A DNA stretch of 64,000 nt from Thermodesulfobacteriota bacterium (GTDB lineage: Bacteria; Desulfobacterota_D; UBA1144; Nemesobacterales; Nemesobacteraceae). The notes under the pieces are model-generated. The model made no database searches. It worked only from the letters and a program-made list of their open reading frames with translations, and was not told the origin of the DNA. The translations under genes and the position numbers were made by a program. The DNA lies in contig OZ240231.1 in NCBI GenBank assembly GCA_965197885.1, positions 845,501-909,500 on the forward strand, given 5' to 3'. Shown here piece after piece: positions 49,041 through 58,635 of this stretch (positions within the stretch are counted from its first letter, which is position 1; every line of letters begins with the position of its first letter).

Positions 49041-50837
49041 ATGCTTGAACTTATGGGAGAGTGGAAAAGATCGAATTTCTGCGGAGAGCTTGGGAAAAAG
49101 CACATTGACAGTTCCGTTACGCTCATGGGCTGGGTACAGTCCCGAAGAGACCACGGCGGGGTGATTTTCGTTGACCTGCGCGACAAGGACGGACTCTGTC
49201 AGATCGTTTTTAACCCGGAACGTGACCCAAAAATCCATCAGACCGCGGAGCAACTGCGGGACGAATGGGTAATCGCCATAAAGGGTAAGGTAACGCCGAG
49301 AACGGAGGAAACCATAAACCCGAACCTTAAAACCGGCGAGATCGAGGTCATAGCGCAGCAGGTAAAGGTTCTTAACACTTCAAAAGTAATACCGTTTCTT
49401 ATAGAAAACGAAGTGAACGCCGATGAGCTTCTGAGGCTGAAATACCGTTATCTCGACCTGCGAAGACCGCCAATGCGGGATAACATAATCTTCCGCCACA
49501 AAGTCGCCGCCGCGGTCCGAAACTACTTTAATGAAAACGGGTTTCTTGAGATCGAAACCCCTTATTTCACGAAATCAACTCCGGAAGGTGCAAGGGACTT
49601 TCTTGTTCCGAGTCGGCTTAACGAAGGGCAGTTCTACGCGCTCCCCCAGTCGCCCCAGATACTGAAACAGACCCTAATGATCTCGGGTTTTGACAGATAC
49701 TACCAGATAGTGAAATGCTTCAGGGACGAGGACCTAAGAGCGGACCGCCAGCCCGAATTCACCCAGATAGACATGGAAATGTCCTTTGTCTCAGAAGATG
49801 ACGTGATCTCCATTGTTGAAGGCATGATAAAAACGGTCCTTCAGGAGACGAAAGGAATTGATGTCCCCACTCCTTTTTTGAGAATGCCTTATGAAGAAGC
49901 CATGGAGAGGTACGGAACCGACTGCCCTGATACAAGATTCGCTCTTGAACTAAAAGACATCTCCTCCATATTCGAGAACTCGCAGTTCAAGGTGTTTCGC
50001 GGAGCCTTGGAAAAAGGAGGGGCGATAAAAGCGCTTAACCTTAAGGGAGGAGCCGGGAAACTCACCAGAAAGGAAATAGACGATCTTACCGAATACGCAG
50101 TCTCTCTCGGGGCAAAAGGGCTTGCATGGATAAGGGTCGGCGAGGATGGATGGAACTCTCCCATAGTGAAGTTTCTAAGCGAAGAGGAACGCGGGCTTTT
50201 AGCCTCCGCTCTCTTGATGGAAAAAGGAGACATAGTGTTTTTCGGCGCGGACTCCGTTGAGATGGTAAACCAGGTGATGTCAAACGTAAGGCTAAGCCTC
50301 GGTAAAACTCTTTCGTTTGTTGACGAAGAAAAACTTGAATTCCTCTGGGTAGTCGATTTTCCGCTTTTCAAGTACAGCCCCAAGGAAAAAAGACACGTCG
50401 CCGTTCACCACCCTTTTACCGCCCCCAAGGACGAGGATGTCGAAAAAATCGAGAGTTCCCCGGGGAGCGCCGCTTCAAAATCCTACGACATAGTCTTAAA
50501 CGGAGTTGAGATAGGAGGGGGAAGCATAAGAATTCACAGAAAAGACATACAGCAAAAAGTGCTTGACGCAATAGGAATCGGAGAGGATGAAGCACAGGAG
50601 AAATTCGGTTTTCTCCTCGAGGCCCTTGAATTCGGAGCTCCTCCCCACGGAGGCATAGCGCTCGGTCTTGACAGGATTTTAATGCTTCTGCGCGACGAAG
50701 AATCGATAAGAGACGTAATAGCTTTTCCCAAAACGCAGAAGGGCTCCTGTCCCCTTACAGAAGCCCCGTCTGAGGTTTCCCCGGAGCAGCTTCTTGAGGC
50801 AGGAATAAGCACTATTGCCAAAAAATCAGAAGATTGA
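49041..50837 (+). CDS. aspS: aspartate-tRNA ligase (start possibly at MGEWKR, nt 49053)
   Basis: 598 aa. N-terminal OB domain CGELGKKHIDSSVTLMGWVQSRRDHGGVIFVDLRDKDG. Class II motifs FRDEDLRADRQPEF and GGGSIRIHR...GLDRILMLL. Confidence 0.96.
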   Translation: MLELMGEWKRSNFCGELGKKHIDSSVTLMGWVQSRRDHGGVIFVDLRDKDGLCQIVFNPERDPKIHQTAEQLRDEWVIAIKGKVTPRTEETINPNLKTGEIEVIAQQVKVLNTSKVIPFLIENEVNADELLRLKYRYLDLRRPPMRDNIIFRHKVAAAVRNYFNENGFLEIETPYFTKSTPEGARDFLVPSRLNEGQFYALPQSPQILKQTLMISGFDRYYQIVKCFRDEDLRADRQPEFTQIDMEMSFVSEDDVISIVEGMIKTVLQETKGIDVPTPFLRMPYEEAMERYGTDCPDTRFALELKDISSIFENSQFKVFRGALEKGGAIKALNLKGGAGKLTRKEIDDLTEYAVSLGAKGLAWIRVGEDGWNSPIVKFLSEEERGLLASALLMEKGDIVFFGADSVEMVNQVMSNVRLSLGKTLSFVDEEKLEFLWVVDFPLFKYSPKEKRHVAVHHPFTAPKDEDVEKIESSPGSAASKSYDIVLNGVEIGGGSIRIHRKDIQQKVLDAIGIGEDEAQEKFGFLLEALEFGAPPHGGIALGLDRILMLLRDEESIRDVIAFPKTQKGSCPLTEAPSEVSPEQLLEAGISTIAKKSED

Positions 50838-50948
50838 CCTTCTTACGACTTGCCCGTAAAGCCTTAAAATTCCGTAATGCCCGCCGTGCGATTCACCAAT
50901 TATTACCCGAATCCTTTGTCGTCCAGGCGCTTTGTGTCCGAAACACGC

Positions 50949-51185
50949 TTACGCAAGGTCGCTTATGCTGGCGCCAAAATTTATATGAAACGCGCTGTCG
51001 CCTATGACCAGCGCGGGGACAGACTTGACGCCGCTTGATTCCGCCTCCGAAATCCTGCTTTTGTCTTCTCCGAGATGCACGATTTCGAGCGCATACTTTT
51101 CTTTGTCAAGAGAATTCGCAAGACCTTGTTCGGCATCCACGCAGACCGGGCACCCGGCATGATAAAAAATCGCTTTGGTTTTCAT
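50949..51185 (-). CDS. small thioredoxin-fold (glutaredoxin-like) protein with CPVC motif (start at internal MKTKAIFY, AGGAG RBS)
   Basis: KAIFYHAGCPVCVDAEQ ... VPALVIGD. ~78 aa. Confidence 0.6.
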   Translation of the reverse strand: MKTKAIFYHAGCPVCVDAEQGLANSLDKEKYALEIVHLGEDKSRISEAESSGVKSVPALVIGDSAFHINFGASISDLA

Positions 51186-51276
51186 ATTTGTTAATCTCCT
51201 TATTTGGTTTCGACTCAATACTATCATGAGAAACTACTGCTTATCAAGCAAGTATCGATGCGATACTATAATTATT

Positions 51277-51840
51277 ATGAGCCTTGCGAATCTGCTGAAC
51301 CTGATAGAAAGAATCGGCAATCTGCTTCGTTCAGAACAAAGAAAACTCCTCAAGCCCCTTGGGCTCCTGCCAATTCATCTGGACATTCTTAATTATCTGT
51401 CGATATGCAATAAATACAGCAATAATGCGGCCGCTTTGACCAAATATCTCGGTAATACCAAGGGTACCACTTCCCAGAGCATAAACGTGCTTGAGGAAAA
51501 GGGCTACGTACTCAAGAAAAAGGCGGGAAGCGATAAAAGGGTAGTGAATCTTCACCTTACGGAAAAAGCTTTCGGCCTGCTTGAAGATCTGTCGTCTGAG
51601 AGTTCACGAAAAATTCTTGACGGGGAAAACATAAAAGTCGCCGAAGGTGTCTTGAGAAGCATTCTCAGGTCCATTCAGGTTTCAAACAAAAACCGCACGT
51701 TCGGAGTATGCAGGACCTGTGATTTTTTTATTGACGAGGGCGACGGATCATTGAGATGCGGTTTAACCTTGGAAAAGCTTCTTGAATACGAAACCGAACA
51801 AATCTGCCAGGAGCATGAACCCGCTTCGTACGTAATTTAG
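51277..51840 (+). CDS. MarR-family transcriptional regulator with Cys-rich C-terminal extension (start uncertain)
   Basis: wHTH region KPLGLLPIHLDILNYLSI...LTKYLGNTKGTTSQSINVLEEKGYVLKKKAGSDKRVVNLHLTEKA. C-terminal CRTCDFF...LRCG...CQEH. Divergent from the thioredoxin-fold gene. Confidence 0.6.
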   Translation: MSLANLLNLIERIGNLLRSEQRKLLKPLGLLPIHLDILNYLSICNKYSNNAAALTKYLGNTKGTTSQSINVLEEKGYVLKKKAGSDKRVVNLHLTEKAFGLLEDLSSESSRKILDGENIKVAEGVLRSILRSIQVSNKNRTFGVCRTCDFFIDEGDGSLRCGLTLEKLLEYETEQICQEHEPASYVI

Positions 51841-51946
51841 AATCGTTCTCGCGTCATTTTGACGAAGCACCAAAAATCCCTGTTTGCTTTATATTTTTTT
51901 ATGCTATGATTCTATCCGTTTACGTTTCAGAGCAGGCGGAAGGTGC

Positions 51947-54805
51947 ATGGACATCTGGAAAAATTTTCACGGACTCAATTCCGGTTACGTAATGGATCTC
52001 TACGAACGTTACGTAAGAGACTCCTCTTCAGTCGACCTCGCCACGAAAACCATTTTTGAGGGGTGGAAGCCCGATAATAAATACTCGTCCCTCAGGGTTG
52101 AGATCGAACCTGAAATCGAGAAAAACGGGTTTAAGCAGTCATCCGTAAAGGACGTGAGCAAGGCCGTCGCCATCGCGAACATGGCCCAGGCAATCAGAAG
52201 ACACGGCCATCTGGAAAGCAAGATAGACCCTCTTGGAGGTCCCCTCCACGGAGAACTCACTCTGCACGCCGAAACGTTCGGGCTTGACGAGGAAGAGCTA
52301 AGAGACTTTCCCTCAACGCTCATAGGATGGCCTCTCTCCGAGAACTCCCTTGACGCACTTGACGGAATAAAAAAACTGAGAAAGCTCTACTCGTCCACGA
52401 CGGGATATAATTACGATCATATCTACGAAGCCGAAGAGAGAAGGTGGATGAGGGGTACCATAGAATCGGGCATCTACCGCCCCCCCATAAATCCCGTGAA
52501 CGAAATAGAGCTTCTGGATAACCTGACCAGAGTAGAAATATTCGAAAACTTTCTCCACAGGATTTTCCCCGGGAAATTCAGGTTTTCAATAGAAGGCGTC
52601 GACATGCTGGTGCCGATGCTAAATGAACTTATACGCCTCGCGATTAAAGCCGACATACACCAGATAATTCTCGGAATGGCCCATCGCGGAAGGCTAAACG
52701 TGATGCACCACGTGATGGAAAAAACCTACAAGTACACACTGCTTAAGTTCAAGGACCCGGTTCTGGTAAGGGATTTTGCCGATGACATGGGATGGACGGG
52801 AGACGTAAAGTACCACGAGGCCGTAAGACGCGATATTCCTAAGGGAGAAATGCTTGACCGCAGCATGAGGATAACGCTGGTACCCAACCCCAGTCATCTG
52901 GAATCGGTAAATCCGGTAGTGCAGGGAATGTCGAGGGCATGTGGAACAAGCGACGACGCTCCGGGTTCCCCGCAATTTGACCCTTCCGCTGTAATCCCGG
53001 TACAGATACATGGAGATTCGGCATTCATGGGACAGGGAATAAACGCGGAAACACTTAATCTCTCCGCCCTTCCGGGCTACCGCGCCGGTGGAACGATACA
53101 CATAGTCACCAACAACCAGCTCGGCTACACTACGCTTCCCACTGACAGCAGGAGCACCCTTTACGCAAGCGACCTCGCGAAGGGATTCGAAATACCGATT
53201 GTCCACGTAAACGCGGATGACCCGGTTGCCTGCATAGAGTCAATACGCCTGGCCTTCGGCTACACATGCAAATTCGAAAAACATTTCCTGATAGACCTCG
53301 TCGGCTACAGGAGATACGGACACAACGAGGCTGACGAACCGGGATTCACCCAGCCCATGATATACAAAAAAATAGATGAGCATCCAAGGGTGATGAGCAT
53401 TTGGGCGAAAAAACTGGTAGAGAAGGGCGTCGTCACGGAAAAACAGGTAGAGGAAATCAAGGAAAAACACATGGAGAAGATTTCAAAGGAATTCGAATCA
53501 ATCTCTCCTGACGAATCCCCCGAAGAATCAACGGCACCCTCCCCGGAACGAGGGATAGCGAAAAGAACGGTTACAAAGGTTCCGGACGAAACCCTGCGCG
53601 AACTCAATGACTCCCTCCTTTCGGTTCCAGAAGGATTCACTGTAAATTCGAAGATCGCCAGGATACGTGACAGAAGAAGAAATATTCTTGATGACCCGAG
53701 GGAAAAGACAATCGACTGGGCCATGGCGGAAGAACTTGCCTACGCATCCATAGTCGCGCAGGGCATTCCAATCAGGATAACCGGGCAGGACTGCGAGAGG
53801 GGAACTTTCAGCCACCGCCACGCGGTACTTCATGATTCGGAAAACGGCGCAATTCATGCTCCCCTGCAGAGAATCCCCCAGGCAAAAGCCGCGTTTGAGA
53901 TAAAAAACAGCCCGCTCAGCGAAAACGCCTGTCTGGGTTTTGAGTACGGATACTGCATCGAGAGAAAGAACTGCCTTGTAATATGGGAAGCTCAGTACGG
54001 AGACTTCATAAACGGAGCGCAGACGATAGTGGATGAATATCTCGTATCGGCAAGGGCCAAATGGGGTCAGACCCCATCCCTGGTTCTCCTGCTTCCCCAC
54101 GCCCATGAGGGACAGGGACCTGACCACTCAAGCGCAAGGCTTGAAAGGTTTCTTATGTCAGCTGCGGAATACAATATAAGGATAGTGAACTGCACTACAT
54201 CCGCGCAGTTTTTCCATGTGCTTCGCCGCCAAGCCCTGCTGCTTGAAAAAGACCCCCTTCCTCTGATCATCATGACGCCCAAGGGACTTCTGCGAAACCC
54301 GATGATGAACTCGTCTCTTAAAGATCTCTCCGAAGGAAAATGGCTCCCGGTAATTGACGACCCCATGGGTACGAGACAGGCGAAAAAAGTCAGAAGACTC
54401 ATATTCTGCAGCGGCAAGATATACGTTGACCTGATCTCAAGCGGACTCGGGGCCAAATCGCCTGAAGTGGCGATAGCAAGAATCGAGCAGCTTTACCCGA
54501 GACCCAAAGAAGAGGTAAGCGCCATTCTGGAAAGGTATGTTAAACTTGAAGAGGTAGTCTGGGTGCAGGAAGAACCCCAGAATGCGGGGGCCTGGAAATA
54601 CATGCTGCCTTTTTTCAGAAGAAAGATTATTAAAAAGCGCCTCCCCCTAAGCTATATAGGGAGAAAACGCTACTCAAGCCCCTCCGAAGGACTTTCCTCC
54701 ATGCACAAATACAATCAGAACCTGCTTATAAGACAGGCTTTCAGCATAGACAATATAGTGAAAGGAAATGAAGAAAGCGGCATAACCTGGCACAGGGATA
54801 TCTAA
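51947..54805 (+). CDS. sucA: 2-oxoglutarate dehydrogenase E1 component (start at MDIWKNF)
   Basis: IRRHGHLESKIDPLGG. ThDP-binding and transketolase-like domains. ~950 aa. Confidence 0.93.
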   Translation: MDIWKNFHGLNSGYVMDLYERYVRDSSSVDLATKTIFEGWKPDNKYSSLRVEIEPEIEKNGFKQSSVKDVSKAVAIANMAQAIRRHGHLESKIDPLGGPLHGELTLHAETFGLDEEELRDFPSTLIGWPLSENSLDALDGIKKLRKLYSSTTGYNYDHIYEAEERRWMRGTIESGIYRPPINPVNEIELLDNLTRVEIFENFLHRIFPGKFRFSIEGVDMLVPMLNELIRLAIKADIHQIILGMAHRGRLNVMHHVMEKTYKYTLLKFKDPVLVRDFADDMGWTGDVKYHEAVRRDIPKGEMLDRSMRITLVPNPSHLESVNPVVQGMSRACGTSDDAPGSPQFDPSAVIPVQIHGDSAFMGQGINAETLNLSALPGYRAGGTIHIVTNNQLGYTTLPTDSRSTLYASDLAKGFEIPIVHVNADDPVACIESIRLAFGYTCKFEKHFLIDLVGYRRYGHNEADEPGFTQPMIYKKIDEHPRVMSIWAKKLVEKGVVTEKQVEEIKEKHMEKISKEFESISPDESPEESTAPSPERGIAKRTVTKVPDETLRELNDSLLSVPEGFTVNSKIARIRDRRRNILDDPREKTIDWAMAEELAYASIVAQGIPIRITGQDCERGTFSHRHAVLHDSENGAIHAPLQRIPQAKAAFEIKNSPLSENACLGFEYGYCIERKNCLVIWEAQYGDFINGAQTIVDEYLVSARAKWGQTPSLVLLLPHAHEGQGPDHSSARLERFLMSAAEYNIRIVNCTTSAQFFHVLRRQALLLEKDPLPLIIMTPKGLLRNPMMNSSLKDLSEGKWLPVIDDPMGTRQAKKVRRLIFCSGKIYVDLISSGLGAKSPEVAIARIEQLYPRPKEEVSAILERYVKLEEVVWVQEEPQNAGAWKYMLPFFRRKIIKKRLPLSYIGRKRYSSPSEGLSSMHKYNQNLLIRQAFSIDNIVKGNEESGITWHRDI

Positions 54806-54829
54806 AACAGACACAAAAGCGAGGAAAAA

Positions 54830-56092
54830 ATGGCCAAGAATATCGTCGTTCCACATCTGGGAGATTCAGTAATAGAAGCGACAATAATAAAGTGGACCAA
54901 GCAGCAGGGAGATAACGTAAGACTCGGGGAAACCGTAGTTGAGCTTGAAACTGAGAAGGCGAATTTTGAAGTCGCTGCCGAAACAACAGGGATCTTGGCT
55001 TCAATAGCAAAGAAAGCCGATGAGGACGTCGAGGTAGGAGACATACTGGGAACCATCGAGGTATCAGAACGCAAAGACGATACAGAAAAAGCCGCTAAGA
55101 GAACTGAGGCCGTACCAGAACCGAAAAGTGAAGAAACTCCACGGGAAAAGCAGCAGGAAGAAGAACCCCAGGTCCGCGTGACTCCCGTGGCGAGAAATAT
55201 CGCTGAACAAAACGAAGTTGACCTTTCCCAGGTCGTACCCGCGGGGAACAGGATCACGAAAGATGACGTGGAAAAACACCTTGAATCCGAGAGAACCAGA
55301 GAAGAAAGCCCACAAGGGGGTCCCTCGGAGGAACAAATTCTCGAAACTCCGGTGTCACCCGAGCTTTTCCCGTCCCTATCCCAACTTACCGCGAACAAGG
55401 AAAGAAGGATGAAAATGTCGAGACGTCGCAGGACTATCGCAAGACGTCTTGTGGAAGCTCAACAGACAGCCGCCATACTCTCCACTTTTAACGAAATCGA
55501 CATGTCAAACGTAATGGAGATTCGGTCGAGAAAAAAGGACGCTTTCCGGGAAAAATACGGAGTGGGCCTCGGTTTTTCTTCCTTTTTCATAAAGGCCGCT
55601 ATCGGAGCACTCAAGCTGTTTCCTGAGGTAAACGCGGAGATCCAAGGCGATGAAATAATCTACAAGGACTACTACGATATCGGAATAGCTGTAGGGGCTG
55701 AGGGAGGACTTGTCGTTCCCGTAATAAGAGAAGCCGACAGAAAGACCTTCGCGCAGATAGAAAAAGAGGTTAAAGAACTCGCCGCAAAGGCAAACGCGAA
55801 CACCCTCTCGCTTGATGAAATCTTCGGCGGGACTTTCACCATAACAAACGGCGGAGTGTACGGTTCCCTTATGAGCACCCCTATACTGAATCCGCCGCAG
55901 GTCGCCATATTAGGACTTCACAAAATAGAGGAAAGGCCCGTGGCGGTTAACGGAGATATAGTCATAAGGCCGATGATGTACACAGCTCTTAGCTACGACC
56001 ACAGGATAGTCGATGGAAAGGAAGCAGTGCAGTTTCTCGTAAGAGTAAAGGAACTTATCGAAGATCCTGAAACTCTCCTTATCGAAGGTTAA
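54830..56092 (+). CDS. sucB: dihydrolipoyllysine-residue succinyltransferase, E2 component of 2-oxoglutarate dehydrogenase
   Basis: Single N-terminal lipoyl domain ([12 protein letters not shown]). E3-binding domain. Catalytic domain with SYDHRIVDG. Confidence 0.93.
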   Translation: MAKNIVVPHLGDSVIEATIIKWTKQQGDNVRLGETVVELETEKANFEVAAETTGILASIAKKADEDVEVGDILGTIEVSERKDDTEKAAKRTEAVPEPKSEETPREKQQEEEPQVRVTPVARNIAEQNEVDLSQVVPAGNRITKDDVEKHLESERTREESPQGGPSEEQILETPVSPELFPSLSQLTANKERRMKMSRRRRTIARRLVEAQQTAAILSTFNEIDMSNVMEIRSRKKDAFREKYGVGLGFSSFFIKAAIGALKLFPEVNAEIQGDEIIYKDYYDIGIAVGAEGGLVVPVIREADRKTFAQIEKEVKELAAKANANTLSLDEIFGGTFTITNGGVYGSLMSTPILNPPQVAILGLHKIEERPVAVNGDIVIRPMMYTALSYDHRIVDGKEAVQFLVRVKELIEDPETLLIEG

Positions 56093-56148
56093 GCCCCAAG
56101 CTTTGCGCCAAGAAAAAATAAGGCAAGAAGCGATACCCGCTCGGCATC

Positions 56149-58629
56149 TTATGAGTTCGTATCCAGTTCGAGCATTTCACCCCATTTTTCCGTTACGTGC
56201 GTGAAGAGTTTTTCGTATTCTGCGCAATTATCTACCTTGCCCTTTAATCCGCGGGCGCAATCTCTTGACTCGTTCAGCAGCGCAGAATCTCTTATAAGGT
56301 TGGCAAAACTGAAACCGGGAACCCCAGACTGTTTTGTGCCCATAAATTCCCCGGGACCCCTGTTGGTAAGATCAAACTCAGAGATTCTGAAACCGTCTGA
56401 GGTTTCACCCATTATTCTAAGCCTCTCCTCGGACTCCTCTCCCGACACAAACGAATACACTATGTAGCAGGTTGATTCATACCTTCCCCTCCCCACTCTT
56501 CCCCTCATCTGGTGAAGCTGTGAGAGTCCGAATCGTTCCGCGTTTTCTATAACGATGGCAGTAGCGTTGGGAACATCAACTCCGACCTCTATCACCGTTG
56601 TGGACACGAGAATATCGCTTCGCTTCGCGAGAAAATCGTCCATCACAGCTTCTCGCTCATCGCTTTTCATCCTGCCGTGGAGAAGAGAAACGCGAAACTC
56701 GGAGAACTCTTCGCGCAGTTCCTCAACCATTCTGGTTACGTGCCTCACGCGCTTGAAATCCTGATTCTCGGATTCCTCTATAAAGGGATAGACGAAATAC
56801 GCCTGGCGACCTTCTTTAAGCCTTTTTCTTGTCTGATCGTAAAACCATGTTCGGTTTTTCTGCGTATCCCTAAGAACAAACGTCTCTACCTTTTTTCTCG
56901 AAGGAGGAAGCTCATCGATCACGGAGATTTCAAGATCTCCGTACACGGTAATAGCGAGGGTTCTCGGAATTGGAGTAGCCGTCATAACCAGCACGTCAGG
57001 CACCGTCGCTTTCCGTACAAGCTTAGCCCTCTGAATAACTCCGAACCTGTGCTGCTCGTCTATTACTACGAACCCGAGGGCCTTAAAATCCACCGCTTCT
57101 GAGATCAGGGCGTGGGTTCCCACCACGATATCGGCTTGTCCGGTTTTTATCTCTTCATGAACGTGAGATTTATCCGTTCTTGAAAGCGCACTTTTAAGAA
57201 GAACTACGCTTACTCCTATGTTCTCGGTCATTTGTCTCATATTTCGAAAATGCTGTTCGGCCAGTATTTCCGTCGGAACCATAAGTGCGGCCTGGTAACC
57301 GGACTCAACCGCCCGGAGCATGGAGACAAGGGCGACAAGAGTTTTTCCGCTTCCCACATCACCCTGAAGAAGCCTGTTCATCGGGTGCGGAGAGACCATA
57401 TCATCCGCTATCTCCGAAATAGTCTTTTTCTGGGCGCGCGTAAGATCGAAAGGAAGTGAGCGGAGAAGTTTTTCTGAAAGAGAGCTACTGGAGTTAAAAG
57501 ATATGCCGTGACCCTCGTCCACTTTTCGTTTTTTGGAAAAAAGGCCGAGCTGAAGGACGAAAAACTCGAAAAATATAACGGTCCTGTGAGGCCGCGAGGC
57601 CGCGACCGACCCGGGGTCGTCAAAATCAACCGGGAGGACGTCGCCCGGAGGGAAATGCACCTGCTCAAGTGCCTCAGGCAAGTTCATCAGGTCGTGTTTT
57701 TCCTGAATGTCTTTGGGGATAAGCCCCTTGAAGTCCTGCGCGTAGCCGTCAAGAGCGTTTCTTACCGCATCCCTCAGCTTTTTCTGCGTAAGACCTTCTG
57801 TAAGCGGGTAGACGGGAACGATTCTTCCAAACTGAAGAGGGTTCCCTGTATCTTCTTCATCTTCTATTATCTCGATGTCCTGGGGAAGCGGATGAATTAT
57901 CTGAAGAGTTCTGCCTCCCGGGCCGAGCGATACTTTGCCGTGAACTATGAAATTTCTTTCCTTCTTGAAAATTCCCCTCAGATAGGAAGCCTTGTAGTTA
58001 AACCAGGTGAGTCTCAGCCTCTGCGTTCCGTCGTAGAGTACTACCTGGAAAAAGTTTCTCTTTCTGTTCCTTATGTCGCTCACGGAAACAACCCTGCCAC
58101 GAACAGTGCAGGAATCCCCGGGAACGACTTCCGATATGTCAGCTATCTTTCTTCGGTCGTCGTATTTTCTCGGAGAATAAAAAAGAAGATCAGAAACGGT
58201 ACGTATGGATTTTTTTGCGAGAAATCCCCCAACCCTTGATCCGATTCCCTCAAGACGCATGACGCTTAGAGAAAAGGGGTTCCCACCCGAGAGAGGCTTT
58301 CTTCCAGAGGCAGATGTTTTTTTAGGGAGACTTTCGCGCTCGCTTTTTCTGGCAAGGCCTATTGTCTTGCGCACGACCAAGAGGGCAGAAGATACTTTTT
58401 TTCTTTTCTCTGGCCGCCCCAATCCCTCAAAATCGGAAAAAGAATCCCGAAGGGCTGTTATGAGAGTTTTTATCTCTGCCGGAGGAGAGGAGGTAAGAAT
58501 TTTTGTGCATAAATTCCTTACGTTTCCTTCCAGGTCAACCATCCTGTCAAGATTCGAGAAATTATTCTTTGAGGCAAAATCAAGGGGGTTTTCGAGACGA
58601 CTCAGAGATTTTTCCAGCTCGCCCTGCAT
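56149..58629 (-). CDS. recG: ATP-dependent DNA helicase RecG (with ~120-aa N-terminal extension)
   Basis: 826 aa. Wedge domain. Helicase motif I LLQGDVGSGKTLVAL, DEQHRFGV, and the TRG motif region. Confidence 0.92.
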   Translation of the reverse strand: MQGELEKSLSRLENPLDFASKNNFSNLDRMVDLEGNVRNLCTKILTSSPPAEIKTLITALRDSFSDFEGLGRPEKRKKVSSALLVVRKTIGLARKSERESLPKKTSASGRKPLSGGNPFSLSVMRLEGIGSRVGGFLAKKSIRTVSDLLFYSPRKYDDRRKIADISEVVPGDSCTVRGRVVSVSDIRNRKRNFFQVVLYDGTQRLRLTWFNYKASYLRGIFKKERNFIVHGKVSLGPGGRTLQIIHPLPQDIEIIEDEEDTGNPLQFGRIVPVYPLTEGLTQKKLRDAVRNALDGYAQDFKGLIPKDIQEKHDLMNLPEALEQVHFPPGDVLPVDFDDPGSVAASRPHRTVIFFEFFVLQLGLFSKKRKVDEGHGISFNSSSSLSEKLLRSLPFDLTRAQKKTISEIADDMVSPHPMNRLLQGDVGSGKTLVALVSMLRAVESGYQAALMVPTEILAEQHFRNMRQMTENIGVSVVLLKSALSRTDKSHVHEEIKTGQADIVVGTHALISEAVDFKALGFVVIDEQHRFGVIQRAKLVRKATVPDVLVMTATPIPRTLAITVYGDLEISVIDELPPSRKKVETFVLRDTQKNRTWFYDQTRKRLKEGRQAYFVYPFIEESENQDFKRVRHVTRMVEELREEFSEFRVSLLHGRMKSDEREAVMDDFLAKRSDILVSTTVIEVGVDVPNATAIVIENAERFGLSQLHQMRGRVGRGRYESTCYIVYSFVSGEESEERLRIMGETSDGFRISEFDLTNRGPGEFMGTKQSGVPGFSFANLIRDSALLNESRDCARGLKGKVDNCAEYEKLFTHVTEKWGEMLELDTNS

Positions 58630-58635
58630 TATGAA

